Source: Ascidiella aspersa
Taxonomy: Eukaryota
Length of the DNA stretch: 64,000 bases
Reading direction: 5' to 3'
Assembly: GCA_963924565.1 (NCBI GenBank)
Contig: OZ004608.1
Span: 23,560,001-23,624,000 of the forward strand
This document shows positions 30,001 to 43,700 of the stretch, one piece after another (positions within the stretch are counted from its first letter, which is position 1; every line of letters begins with the position of its first letter). The notes below the pieces were generated by a model, which was not told the origin of the DNA, did no database searches, and was given only the letters and a program-made list of their open reading frames with translations. The position numbers were made by a program, and so were the translations under genes.

Positions 30001-30147
30001 ATTACATAAGTTTTATTTTGCAGAGCGACACTCTTTTTGAAAATATAGTTGAAGATGCACCAGCGACACCTTTTATTGTAGTGCTAGGTAAAGTTTTTGC
30101 TAGTAATAATGTTGTTACAAAATCACTTAGTAAACATAACTAATTAC

Positions 30148-30180
<33 letters not shown>

Positions 30181-33100
30181 TGGTTGCGCTATGCGATCAT
30201 TTTATGAGCATGTATGTTTTCTCAACTTGAAACCTGAAACCATAAAACCAAACAAGTTGCTTGTGCAGTGCAACTGTATTACCAAGGCAGGCTACAATGC
30301 TGTTAAAGCCTAACTTTAATCTTTGCCTTTTTTGATAATGGTTGTTGAATAAAGATAGGTTGATGGGTTTTAGCATATTACTTTTGTCAGTTAAGTTATG
30401 CTATTGTTTGTTATGTTGAATAGGTATGACTCCTGTTGATGCCACAAAATTTGTTGTCTTGGTAGAAAAAAATTTGGCCTGCACATTCAGTGACTTTTTT
30501 CAAGCATTTGTCTACCAATTTTGCTCATTTTATGTTTTCAACATGGTATATCCAAAAAGCTGTGAAATATTGCTGGAGTTTGTGCAAAGGTATGGTTTTA
30601 CTTTGTAATTTATCATTTTTTAATTTAATATTTAAAACAGTGCTTCCACTGGATGATAATAGTAAAAGTTACACATATTTTCGCCTTGGGAAGTTTAACA
30701 GAAATAACTTGACTATATCTTAGACTTTTTGCCTGTAGGTTTTTTTACTTTGCTTCATCGTTATCATATTGATTAAATTTTAATTTTAAATATACTAAGC
30801 CAATTTGCGAATTCAATAGATGACGCCAGTGAGTAATAAGTTACCATAAATGCACATGTGTAAATGTATTAGGTTAATAATCGTCATAGTTTTGGTTAGG
30901 GGTTGTTAGTGGTAACCATCCTTTGTATAGCCTACCGTTTAACCTGCAGTCATGTTACATTATTAAATTTTAAACAGAAAAAAAATACAATCTGTAGCGG
31001 TATTTTATTGTTTGAGATACAATCACTTTGGCTTTTTGTTATTTTCAGATACTTTGCGGCATTAGATAGAAGAGGTATAAAGCGGAAGCGGAAGGATGTC
31101 CACCCAAGGGTTTTACGCCTTTGCAATTTGATTGCAAAAGGAACCTAAATCCAATTCCAACCAATAAACGTCAAACACAGTGTTCAGTATCGTGTTTGCT
31201 TGCCTATTTAAATAAAAAAAAAGGAAAGTGGGGTACTAAAAAAATGAAATTTAGTGTTATTAGAATTACAGAAAAAATCCTTAAAATTTTCCAGACTATA
31301 AATTCTGTAAAAATTACACGAATTTCCCGTGCAGCAGTTTTACCTCAAAATCTAGTAATAATTACCTGCAAAAATGGTGTGGAAATTACATTATTACGCA
31401 GTAAATTTTACAGGCAGAAATCCATATTTACAAAAATTAGTCAGTAATTTTTACCAGTTATTCAACAGTAAAATTTTTACAGTGTTTCCATGTAAAACTG
31501 CTGCACAGGAAAATCGTGTAATTTTTACAGAATTTTTTTAACAGTGTACCATAAAAACTTTGTTGTTTAAAGTATGACTGTTTTGCATACCTGCACAGAA
31601 CAGGGTTTTGCAAAAAGTGGGTTACCAAACAGTTATAACTTTTACGATACGTTTAAATTTAATAACTTTTTAATTAAGGTACACTCTTCACATATCTGTT
31701 ATGTAGCTTAAAAATGAAAGTTAAAGCCAATAAGATCGAGTAAATCGACATCCTAATAAAGACGTTTCGACATTACACATAAATTATTATGTAGTTTTTA
31801 CTCACCAGTTTGTAATTTCTCGATTATCTGTTGCTTAGTCATGTGTGACGACGAAGAGAGGTCCGGGGAAGAAGAACGTAGGCCGACCTCAGTTGCTTCT
31901 CGTCCGGCGATCTACACAGTTAATTAACACTTTTTAATCAAAACAATACGAAACGTCTAAAAATGAATCGAACATAGTTACCTCATATCCGTTGTGGCAG
32001 GCTGACAGAATCGCAGATCTTGGTGCAAAGCTTTCTTTGCCATAAAGATATGGGTATTGAGCGTCAGAGGGAGCAACGAAGGAGAATCCATTCTGAATCG
32101 AGCCTTAGGAATACAAAGTGATCTTTATAAAAAAAATGTATTATTCCAAGAGTATGAAACAAAAATAAAGAATGACATTATTTTACATATTCGCTGTTTG
32201 CCAAAAAACATTTGTATATATTTTTATTCAATGAATATACTGTTGCAGCTGGCATTGTATCGATTATAAAATTGTTCTCCCTTTTGTTACCGACGATTTG
32301 ATAACCTATACAAGAAATCTTTATCAGGACAATAAACTTGCAACTGGGCGAAAAAATATATATCTCAGCAAAACAATAAAGAAAAAACACGATGGAAATC
32401 GGTTTACTACAAGAGTAAACCATGTTCCATTGTGTTTTTCTTTGTTGTTTGGCTGCTATATATGTTTTTCGCCCAGTGAAAGTACATTGCCCTGATGGAG
32501 ATTTCCTGCATAGGTTATCAACACTTCATTAGATCTATTAATAACACATGTTTGCAAAGAACAACATTTTTATTTAACAGTTAAGACCAAATGAAGTTGT
32601 ACGTACTCTATGGATGACTAAACATTTATTGTATCGTTAAAAGATAAAAAATACGCAACAGTTGCATATACGCCAACTGTAAAGTCACGAAACATACCAG
32701 GTTTCACACAAGCAATATGCTTGCACTTTGGCAATGCGTTAGACCATTTTCCAGTGTCGAGGCAGGTCACGGTGGAAATTCCAATTATTTTGAAGTCTCG
32801 CTCGCAACTGTAATGGATGGAGCTCTCGAAGGCGTTGTTTGCGTGTGGGTGTTGAACTGTGAGGGTCGAATATGGAACAGTGCCCGGTTCGCCGCACAGC
32901 AGAGGTTCGCATACAGGAAGCCTGGAAAACTCTCCTCTCCATGTGCACTGTTTAATAATTTTGCAGAATTGTTTTAAAACTGAAAAAGCCCAAGCGAATA
33001 TAACGAGTTAAAATCTAAAGTTGGACAATTTTTATTTCAGTTTGGTGAATTGGCTATAAGACCAAACGTTCGCGGTATTCACAAACGGTACTATGGCGTT

Positions 33101-36100
33101 TAAAACAAACGTCACCAAAGTTTATTTTGAGGGGCGAATAACTGTAAATACTGCCGGTCGCAAGTCAGATAATTGTAAACGTTGGACATCACAGGCCGGA
33201 AATTAAATTTTGCATTTATCTAATTTGACCTAATTATTATAAAACGAATAAAAATAAAAAATGTTTAAAAATAGTTTAAACTTTCATCAAAGTTTGCTTA
33301 GTTTTGTATCTAACAAGCATTCCGCCTATTAATGTATTAATCACCTATTTTAGGATCATCTCAAAAGTATGCCGCAGGCCGGAAGGATTTAAACGGCGAG
33401 CAGGATTTGTCCCAGGGCTGTAATTTGATGAACCCTGGTTTAAATCAACTGAAGTCTAACTGCGGCCGGGAAACTAAAGTCGAGACCGACTCTGTCCTCC
33501 TCCCCTTTTCCCTTTTAGGATTTACACTTTTACTGGGTGGCTTTGTCTGTTGCGAACGTCAAACGGTGCAAGAGCACATCTGTCGTGTCCTAAACTGGGT
33601 TGCGACTCCCCAGTCCTGCTGACAAATCACACAACATTTAACATTACCTGTACTTTATCAGAATCGTTCGCGGCCATCTGAAAGCCCACGTCGCAGCTGT
33701 AAATAGTAACGTCGCCGAACAGCAGTGTGTCGTTGGTACTGGGATACCCGTGACTGATAAGAGTAGGTTTTCCACACGAAACCCTTTCACAGGCTACTTT
33801 GTTATCTAAATATAACATTAAAAATATAAAATGTAGTTAACTGTGATAAATAAATAAAAAATAGTTTGTCATGCGGTATTTTAGCCAGCGCAGAGGTTGA
33901 AAACTATTTAAAAACAGCTGCAGATGAAACTGGTTAGCAATTAAAACTATATACATTTACTTATACACGACCATTTAGAACTCGTAGCGATATGTTACAA
34001 AAACGCTACTACCAATTCAAGTTCAAGGGCTTTACATACCTGCCCACATTGCGTTACTCTGGCACATCTTTATTCCGTCATTCTGAGTTATTAAATAGTA
34101 TCCCTGGTTACAAGTGTACTTGACGTGACTCTGAAAGTGAGGACCTGGCTTGTGCGGACCATCGTGTATCCTATTAATAAAATGAAAAGCAGTTAACAAT
34201 CGTATACAAATAACCAGTTTCAGGCCAGATAACATTTGCCTGCTGCTCTAGACTCACTCCAAGTTAGCGTTTGAGATGTTGGGAGGTTGTCCACAATGGA
34301 CCGGATGGCATTCAGGTACTTGTTTAGACCAGGTGCCGTTAGATATGCACTGTATCGTGTGCGCACCCACTCTGTTGAAACCCTCATTGCAGTCGAAGTC
34401 CACAACATCACCGAAGATGTAGCTGATACCAGTGTGATCCTGAAATATTGCATTGTGGTATTAGAAATTCTTAAACTTATCCAACGTCGTTTCAACTATC
34501 TGATGTGATTATGAAAATTAACAGTTTTGTAATAACTCAAGTCAAACAAGTGCACTTTGTTCATTTTCTTTAAATAACTTGACTTGACTTGACTTACTTA
34601 AATCGTTAAAATTACGTGATTTTTATTGGGACACTTCCTCGAAGGTGTTTCCAGAGTAGGTGTAGGCTCATTTGGCGTTTATATTGTTGAAAATCGTACC
34701 ATTTGGTTGTAAAAAATATGTAATCTCGTTTGTAAGTCATTTTAAGGCGTAAAACGTTTGTAAGTCATTTTAAGACACAAATTTTAAACAAATTTACACA
34801 ATTTTAAAGAAATTTCAAAATATTTGCAACGATATATAACAAATATGTGAAACGATATACATAAAATTGGTGTCGATATATTTATAATCCCGGTCTTGAG
34901 CACATTTCAACGTTTCTCCTTGACCCAATTTCCACTCTAAATTCCCAGACAAGTCAGATAAATCCTGACGAATAGGAACCCTAAAGAAGATTATTGACAA
35001 CGTTTATCGCTCTTTGAGAGCAATGTTTTTTCAGTATTTTTGCGATAGGTGACTAGAAACTCTAGAGCTCAGTCTCTTTCCAAGATGAAAAATATTTTTT
35101 TCTTATTTGCAAGTATACTGGCAATATGCGTTAAACATTCATTTGTTAAACATAAAAAACCTTTTTGATCTGGACGACGCCCTTTTTTATACCACTTTGA
35201 TTGAAAAATTACCAGTTTAAACAAAAATCCACCCGTGAATAATCTTACCCCTGCGTTAACAATTCGCCCGTGTTTTGGAGCACCTGGATGAGAACACGGT
35301 ACGGGGTCACAGCGAAATGGATGAGAGGAAGATATATTCCACGAACGGTCAGCTCCACAGCTTAATATGTTTGCATTTACAGGAAAATATCCCGTTTCGC
35401 AAGAATATCTGTAATGTTTTCAAAATTTAGATTGACGAAAATAAATAAATACTTTAAGATTACGTTAAATCAAAGTATAAATTTTCATTACACTGTGTAG
35501 ATTCGATATCCAGTCGTTTTAACGTCGAATAAAGCAGTTCCGTCAAAATATCCTTATTCTTTTAGCATAAACCTTACTTAATATGACTGCCGTAGACAAA
35601 GTCGTCGGAACCAAATAACTCGTAGTATCCATTTCCAACTTCAGGTGGGGGACCGCAAGGTACAGGAAGACACAATGGGGCTGATTCGGGCTGATCTGTT
35701 ATTATTTGGGGAATGTAAAGATAAACAATTAGTTTTAAACACTGAGAGGACCATTGGTTTGTTTGAAATCATTTATTTTTCTATATGTGGTTGTTTTAGG
35801 TAGACATAATTGGACACCATGTGTTAGCAAATTGTTTACTATAGCCAAATCTAAGTTTAAAATGTCTCCGAGTCATCCTACTAGTAAATTTGTCGCCCCA
35901 AAGGCCCGAAGACAAGCAGAACAAGATTTCCTTTCCGACCATGTAGTACCCTGGCTCGCATTGATACGTCACTTGATCTCCAAAAACAGTTCCCATCTCT
36001 ACAAAACAACATATTGAAGTTAAAATGGTATTAATAGCGATAATCGTCTTTTGTAAATAAAAAAAAATAAAAATATATTACGTACAGTTATAGCTATACG

Positions 36101-39100
36101 CCACTGATAACATGGTGCTAGTAAACAAACTCCAGCAAATCAGACATCACCGTTAAATCCAACTTAGTTTGATGTCGTAAACCGCGTGTCTTCATAAATT
36201 AGGCCAAATTCAGTTACCCTAATCAGGATTGTCGTACCACGAAGGAAAAATTATATGGGGATTTAACATATAGGAAAGCACCCGGTATATTTATTGTGAT
36301 TAAGTCGTAAACCTTGGCCCCGACTGTATCACTGGCACACTAGTGGAATTTCACTAATAAGTATTCTAAAAAGGCAATGGAAAAACAACTGTTATACTGC
36401 CAATGTACTATTAAAGTACTAACCATAGTGATTTCCATGTGGTATAGCTGTAATCGCTGGACAGGGCACAGGTTTGCATTGTGGCGCCTCGCTGCTCCAC
36501 ATGGGTCCTTCTAGGCACGTGATGATCCCCGTTCCATTCAGCAGGTAACCCACGTCGCAAACGTATTCGATTGTGCTCATAAAGGCAAAGTTTGTCCCTA
36601 CGATATTGTCTTGTAAACTTAACGGAAATATATTTTTTTTTTACGAAGAAAACGAATTTATAAAGAAAACACAGGGCCTAATTAAAAAAATATCCAAACA
36701 TGCTATGAATTTACCTTATTAGGCGAAATCGCAGTAAATTTGATTCTACGTTTCTGTCTTACAGAGTGGTTAAAGTATGCCGGAACTATCCGGAACGTGA
36801 CGGCTTTCTGGTAAAATAATTGCTGGCTTGGCGTACCAGGAAAAATAATTATTGATATACAGACGACTCGGTTAAAATACATATACATTTTACGGGGCCG
36901 TTACCCAAAACTAAAGTATTGCCTTTTTCAATTATGTTAATCAAAAAGCGTTTCTTTCGTGAAACCTTTTTTGCTTTTTGTTTAAACTTTTTGTATTCAA
37001 CCTTTTTCGATGTAATAACACAAAAGTCCGTGTGTCTAATCTAATGGTGATTGCACTGGGCGCTAACTTTTTACGTGGTTTCTGTGCTCCTAATTATTTT
37101 TTGACAATTTAACTGAATACACCACCGATGCTCGACTGTACAGTAAGTATTAGCAAAGAGAGAGGAAAGTAGACAAGTTATTTAGGTTGATGAATGCGTG
37201 AAAAAAATTAAAATTGTACGAAGCTGTCTCGGAAGCTCAGGCAATTTACTGTTCTGCTAAAAAAATGTCACCTGAAAGTACAACAAAGTAGGTAATCATG
37301 TTTTCAGTAACTAAGACCTGCGATATAGCAAAGTTCGCTCTGTACAGCTTTGTGCCATCTCTTTGAATAGTTACCTAAGATTTTTAGTTGCATATTCCGC
37401 ACGTTATTCACCAAGAACAGCCGGTTTATTGTGGCTGCCTGTTATGTGTTCCGGCAATAAATTATTCTACTTTCAGTTCTAGATATACGTCTTTTATTTG
37501 ACAGCAAAGCTTACCTTGAATTTGACCGTTGGCGACATCTAGTGGTGGATCGCACAAATCTGGTACACAAGAGGGTCTGTGACCCTCCCAACTGGCGTCT
37601 TCATTGCACCGTAACGTTGGGTCGCCTTCGATTCTATAGGCACAATTATGTTTTTCTTTTTTTAAATCGGCCGACGTTACATTTAATCACAATACATTTC
37701 CTTGTTAAAGGAGAAGAAAATTAAACACATTAAGAACTTCTGCGTGAATTTAGATTGTTCCTATGCACTATCTCTTAACTCAGTGGTTCTCAACCGGGGT
37801 GCCGCTGCATTCTGGGGTGCCATTTCTATTGCTCAAGTGTGCCGAGAGATATTTGACAGTTTTTCAGAATCTAATTTTTTCTCAACCCTTACAACTTTTT
37901 TTGTAAAGATTAGAGTGGAATAAATCAAAGATAAGTTCCTACGCTGTGTAGAGTTAGGTTGTGTAAAATAACGAATTTTCACTATTCTCATAATTTAGTG
38001 ACCCGTCCGTCCCTTTGTTGCCTTCTTTCTTTTTCGTGCAATCTTGACATTTAAATACAATTATGGGTAATGATGAAACCGAACCGTGAAAGAGGTCTAG
38101 CATTTTGCTTGTCTCACAATTCTGAGTTTTTGAGCTGTCTATTTTTGGTGCAACGATAAATTAATAGGAGTTTAAAATTGAAAAAAAGGGTGAAAATATT
38201 ATGAAATGAAAACCCTTTTAATATGAATATCATGACAAATAAGGGTAACTAAAATTGTGTCCGTACAAAGTTTTAATAAAATGCTATACTAATTAAGCAT
38301 GTATGCTTTCATTTTCACTTATATTTCCTAATATCCTTCCAACTGTAATCATGGTTAATGTGTTTTTATTTTTTCAATGTTACATAATAATTAATGTTAA
38401 TAATATTTGAACCTGTATCCTTTGTCGCAAGTAACATGGACTTGATCGGTAAAGTAGTAGGCAAGCTCGTAAGGCTCCACACTTCCGTGGTCAATAAATG
38501 GAAAATCGGGACACTGGACCGGTTCACATACTGGTACCTCCCCTGACCAAACCTTTGTTTCAAGGCAAGCTGTCAAAAGAGAAAGCAGTATTATAAACAA
38601 CAAGCGACAAAGTTGATTTATTAACCATGTCTAAAATTAAAGGAAAAAATCTGTAACGTCCAAAAAACTTTACTTCGATTATGGTCGCCATTCAAAATAA
38701 AGCCAGGGTCACACTCGTAAATCGCTTTGCTGAGATAAGTAATGGATTCCGTAGTCACGCGGCCATGGGTAAGTGGGATCGGTTCAGGACACTCGATGAC
38801 GTCACATGTTGGCGGATGTCCAGACCAAGTTGCTGCGTAGACATAAATTAATCACTTGATATCATTGAACAAAAAAACAACAAAATAAAACTGCTGAGCT
38901 TAGAAAACAGAAGTAACAAGATTCTTAACATGAAATTACAGCAATCAATTTTAAACTTGTTACCATTCTCTTGGCAGCTCCTTTCTTCCGGACCGTTTAA
39001 CTCATACCCAACATCACACTCGTGTTCTATGATGTGTTCAAGATGGTGTGAGTGGTCGTGGATCGTTCCATGTTCTAACTTGGGGGGATATCCACAGTCG

Positions 39101-40789
39101 ATCAATGTGCAGTTGAATCCGTCTCCTGCACAATTTCAAACAATAAGCTCGAAAAATTTAAAACAGGATAAGATTTGCAAAAGCATATTTTTGGTTGGAA
39201 TATGGATCAACAGAAACAATTAAGACAGGGTTTCTTAAACTTTATTTCCCGCGGACCCCTAGAATATTTTCTGCTTAGCGTGGACCACGGTAGGCAAGAA
39301 CTTTTCAAAAATGACGTCATAAATTGACATCACAATCAAAATGGACTTCAGAAATATGCTGATTTTATTTTTATAAATTTAGGTCACAATATAAACAGAA
39401 TTTTTAGAAATATGATGATGGTTTAGGTAAAATTCTGAATGATTCAGTGCTAAAACGTTTAATTTTTAATTAAACTCTTTTCTTTGAAAAATTGATTACT
39501 TAAAATACACTTAGGTTTCATTTTGGCCTTCGTGGACCCTCAAGAGGTCCATGGACCCCAGTTTAAGAACTCCTGACATCAGACGTTTAACTGCAAAAAC
39601 ATGCAAAATTGATCAGCATTGTTTAATTGGAATAAAAAATAGCTCTTGTGTGGCCGAAACACTAAGTAAGCGGTATGAAGCAGACTGTTTCTAAGTGTAA
39701 CAGACCTGTGTATCCCCAGTTGCAGTAGCACTCGTGGCTTCCCTCCGTGTTTATGCAGTAGGCGGTATGATGGCAGAGATGATCATTGACACACTCATCA
39801 ATATCCACACAAGTTGGAACAGGCGCTGACCATTTCTAAAAATATTGTAGTCGCTTTATGTTATAATATCTACAATACAAAGAGAAAGCGGTAATTACGC
39901 CTTATTTATCAACTGCAAAGCCCTTAAATTTTTTTAACAGTCTTAAACAGTAGTTCTTAACCGGGAGGTTGCGATCTCTCCTATACACATTCTTTTTTTT
40001 TCTTCTTGAGTTAACAGTCTTTTTCTTCTTGAGTTAACAGGCACAAATTTGATTATACGATGTATTGTGTGGATCGATACGTTTCAGAAATCGCAAGGTA
40101 TAACACGGTATATCCGATTATTATGTTTGTATTGTCATGATATCTAAAACCCTGTGTTATAGGGCTCTATGCTACATAAATAAAAAATTCTAAATAAACA
40201 AACAAACAAAACTTCGATAAAAGTGATCTTACATGTCAATAATAAGCATCTAAGGTAAACTGACGTTCCATACCTGATCAGCCTGGCATCTTATTGCGGT
40301 TGCCCCGTGCAGTTCATACCCAATATTGCACGAAAAGTGTACAGTGTCGTTGAATTGGCGGCTGGTTGAATCCGCAATAACCAGCGGAGGCTGCATAAAG
40401 TTTAAAGCAACATGAATACTTTACAACAAACATTATACATCAACGGGTTGCCAGTGTGTATAAAACAATAACAACAAATAAACGCTGACTTATTTCGAAG
40501 GCATTTTTAAAAGTGATTTAATTTTACGCGTTGCTGGGCTTTGCCAATCTCAAACGAAACTCAGCAATAGCGTTAAAATAGGAATTTAACTTACTGTACT
40601 AAAAGCTTTGCATCTCGTCCTGACACAAAAGAATTTCTGAGATGGCTGTTGCACTTCAGATCCTGCGTGCTTCCACAGACCTCTGTTTCCGCAGCGCAGC
40701 AACGTAGTCTTGGCTCGCCTGCTTCCAATCCCAACCCTCGTGTAAAGCTGAAAGCCATTCTGGCACGACACCCAACTCTTGTGCGCACC
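1..40789 (-). CDS. SVEP1: SVEP1-like CCP/Sushi array (2 CCP + cbEGF + about 56 tandem CCP modules; runs off the window)
   Basis: Recurrent C-x-x-P..(N/H)G..(Y/F)xC..GY...C...W...P.C modules joined by 4-residue linkers (e.g. CEPVSC), counted manually over 65 exons. Confidence 0.93.
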
Positions 40790-43700
40790 CTAACGGACAG
40801 ACGCATATTAAACAAATATATATTAAATTAAATTAGGTAAATCGTTTAAAACACAAAAAGGAAAACACTCACTTGGTGTGACATACCTAAGGATACAGAT
40901 GCAATAATTCATACATAAACGAATCATTTTTAAAAAAACATTTGTTCATCAATTTGACACAAAAAACTAAATACTTTTGTAAAAGAGTTTCTTACTAAAC
41001 GCCAATGTTGATTATTACAAAAAAAAATCAGCCTAATAATTCATAAAGAGGTATCTTTTAAATATAGATATACAATCAACCTATAACAGCGCAAACTGTT
41101 CACATCTGCAGGGAGGTTTGAATACCGGTCGCGTGGTTCAAACATTAAAATTTTAACTAAATTTAAGTACACAGACATTCTAACCCCAGATGTATAGAGT
41201 AACTAAGGTGAATAAAACCGTTTTGTTAAATATTTGACCTGCTTTTGAACTGACAAGTGATCAACTTCTTGGATAGGGTTACATGATTGACAGAAGGTTC
41301 GAGGACGAATGGTTACAATTTGACCTTTGATACCTCCAAGGGCGTCAGGCCAGGCCCTTACGTTGCCCTCATTGGACAGACAGTTGAAATAGAGGCTGAA
41401 GACTTGACGTTTGTCCATGACATAATCGTATACGTTAAACTGCGAAATTTCCCCTTTGAAATATAAAAGATTAATCTTTAGATTTTTCTATGGTTAACAT
41501 TGTTATTAAGTGTTAATGTGTTATTTTACTTTTCTAAACCATATATCGCAAACACTTAAATATAAAAAGAATAGTTTTTCGAGTCATTTTTAGTTAAACT
41601 AAATTAAACTTTTTATATTATCAATTTTTAACGCAAAAGTGAAAGTTTTCCTCTACCTATAAACTCCTGAGAGGAAGAGAAACAACCTCCGAGACAATCT
41701 TGCTCCTGTCCAATAACCATTATGCCTCCTCCTGGGATGACGCTTCCATTCTGAAGCCCAGTTCCGCTTGCCTCGAGATGCTGGTTTAGGAAAATTTGCC
41801 AGGATCCGTCCTCGCTTTTCCACGTTACAACCACGTGATACCACGTCCCGTCATTTAATTTCCTTGTGTCCGTCACCACGGATTCGCCATTAACGTACCT
41901 GGCCGAAAACGCGCTTGCCAGTTAAGTTTTTCAAGTGCCACTTTAGATACATTTAAAATTTAACACTTTTTTCAAATGATTGATATTAATGCATTTCTTT
42001 CTGCGGATTCATATAATAGCTTTCTGGACCCATATTGGTAATCTTGTTTGTTGTTTTAAGCTGGCCAAGAGCTTTCCAATGGGATGTTCGTAAATAGTTT
42101 GAAAGAACATCTCATAATGATTAACTAAAGAAAAAAGTTTTACTTTGAAATAATATTGAGCGATCTTTTAATGCTTTTCCGTTTTGATCATTGTTGCTGA
42201 AATAGGTAGTTAGATTTAATTCTATAAAATAAAATTACAGTGTTAAAGCCTCGAGGTTTGTAAGAGTGAAGACGTCGGCCAGTCGTTTCTTGCCAATCGC
42301 ATAGGAGAAAGGTGTCCCCTGACTTTCTGTATAGTTGGAGAACATGTAGAACGCAACAGTAATTTCGGTCATGTTGTTACCAAATCCATCTTTAAAGTGA
42401 ACGTGGTGGTAGGTATTGGGATTGCTGAACGAGAGATCGAAGTCCGGAAGCAGTTCTTACAAGAAAAACACATATCACTCACTAAAAGCGTTATAACTTG
42501 ATGTTTTTAGTACCATTTCAGATGTAGTACACCAAAAGCCATCGCAGACTCGCCGAATCTGTCGATCAAAAGCCATCGCAGACTCGCCGAATCTGTCGAT
42601 ATATTATACAAGCAGAGGATGCCAGAAAAACAACTGGCCTGCAGTGAGGTTCGAACTCACGCCCTCCGATCAAGCCGGGACCGTCGCTCTACCAACTGAG
42701 CTATGCAGGCTCAGAGAGGAGCGAGTCGAGAAACAACCATGCGCCAATACTTGCACATTCTGTTAGTACAGTGTTTCCCAAACTTTTTTTCTCGCGTACC
42801 ATTTTGAGCTTTTGTACAGTGTTCATGTACCACCTAAGTTACATCTGACTAGAATATCTCAAACTATACCTATTTTAGCATATAGATAAGAAAATGAGCA
42901 TGTAGCTGTATTAGAGTTTAACAACTATCATTCCAGGAAGACTTAAAAGCCATAAATTAAGCAAAACACAGCAAATAGTTGTAATGCGATGGATGTAGTT
43001 GTTTTTTTCGCGACCAGCTGGTTGAGATGTCGTCGGGAGTATGCTTGGTTTCATAGCTGAATTAGCAAGCGCCTTCATACAAACAACATATTGCGGAACA
43101 GCTTCTCTATTGTGTTCAATAGCGATAAACCCGTAGTTTATGTAGCTTAAGTCTGGCTGTACTTTCGTTTAGACATGTTCCTAGTATAGTTAAATTAAAC
43201 AAAATTAAATTCTCACACTATTCCTCTATTTTAAAAGAAATTACAGTAGTTCAATATGTACGAAATATCATTATACATATGGCAATACTACACTGCTGCT
43301 CTTCAGTTTATTACTACTTACATATTAAACCAGCCAAAAATTAACGATTTATTATCTTCAACAAGCTAAGTGTTACGTCATAAACGTACGAAACCTCAAA
43401 TTAAAGGTAATTAAAACGCAACATTGCAAATACCCAATCTGAAAGTTTTAAAAGTTGAAAGTTTTCGCAAGTTTATACATATATGCTTTAAAAAGTTTTC
43501 GCAGATTTATACGTAGTCGCGTACCACCTGAAAGACTCTCGCGTACCACAGTTTGGGAACCACTGTGTTAATACAAGCAACTTCACATTGGGGGATCATC
43601 AATCCGTATCAATCAATGAAAGACACACACACATATGTGTTTAATAACAACTGTGATCTAGCCCTTCGGAAGCTGCTTTATGACCAACGATTACGGCTTC

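Larger units (their letters stand above)
28561..31546 (+). mobile_element. CACTA/EnSpm (CMC)-type DNA transposon, internally deleted
   Basis: TIRs CACTGTTAAAAAAATT...AATTTTTTTAACAGTG flanked by a TA duplication. Subterminal inverted repeats at about 31303-31345 and 31490-31535. Internal C2H2 zinc-finger remnant and a spliced accessory ORF. No catalytic transposase core visible. Superfamily assigned from termini, 2-bp TSD and gene content, without a database search. Confidence 0.8.

Noticed and set aside
40873-40886. 14-nt micro-exon with good-looking splice sites (ccttag|GTATGTCACACCAA|gtgagt) in the host gene
   Set aside because: The flanking exons already join in phase 0. Inclusion alone would frameshift and I found no compensating partner exon.
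42534-42600. CRISPR-like direct repeats (34 bp twice; similar short duplications near 5670, 34730, 40000 and 58440)
   Set aside because: Only two adjacent copies each, no spacer series, no cas genes, eukaryotic context. These are simple local tandem duplications.
42637-42710. Functional tRNA-Ala(GGC) gene
   Set aside because: The anticodon loop lacks U33 and purine 37, there is no G3-U70 alanine determinant, and the sequence is part of a dispersed repeat with variable loops.
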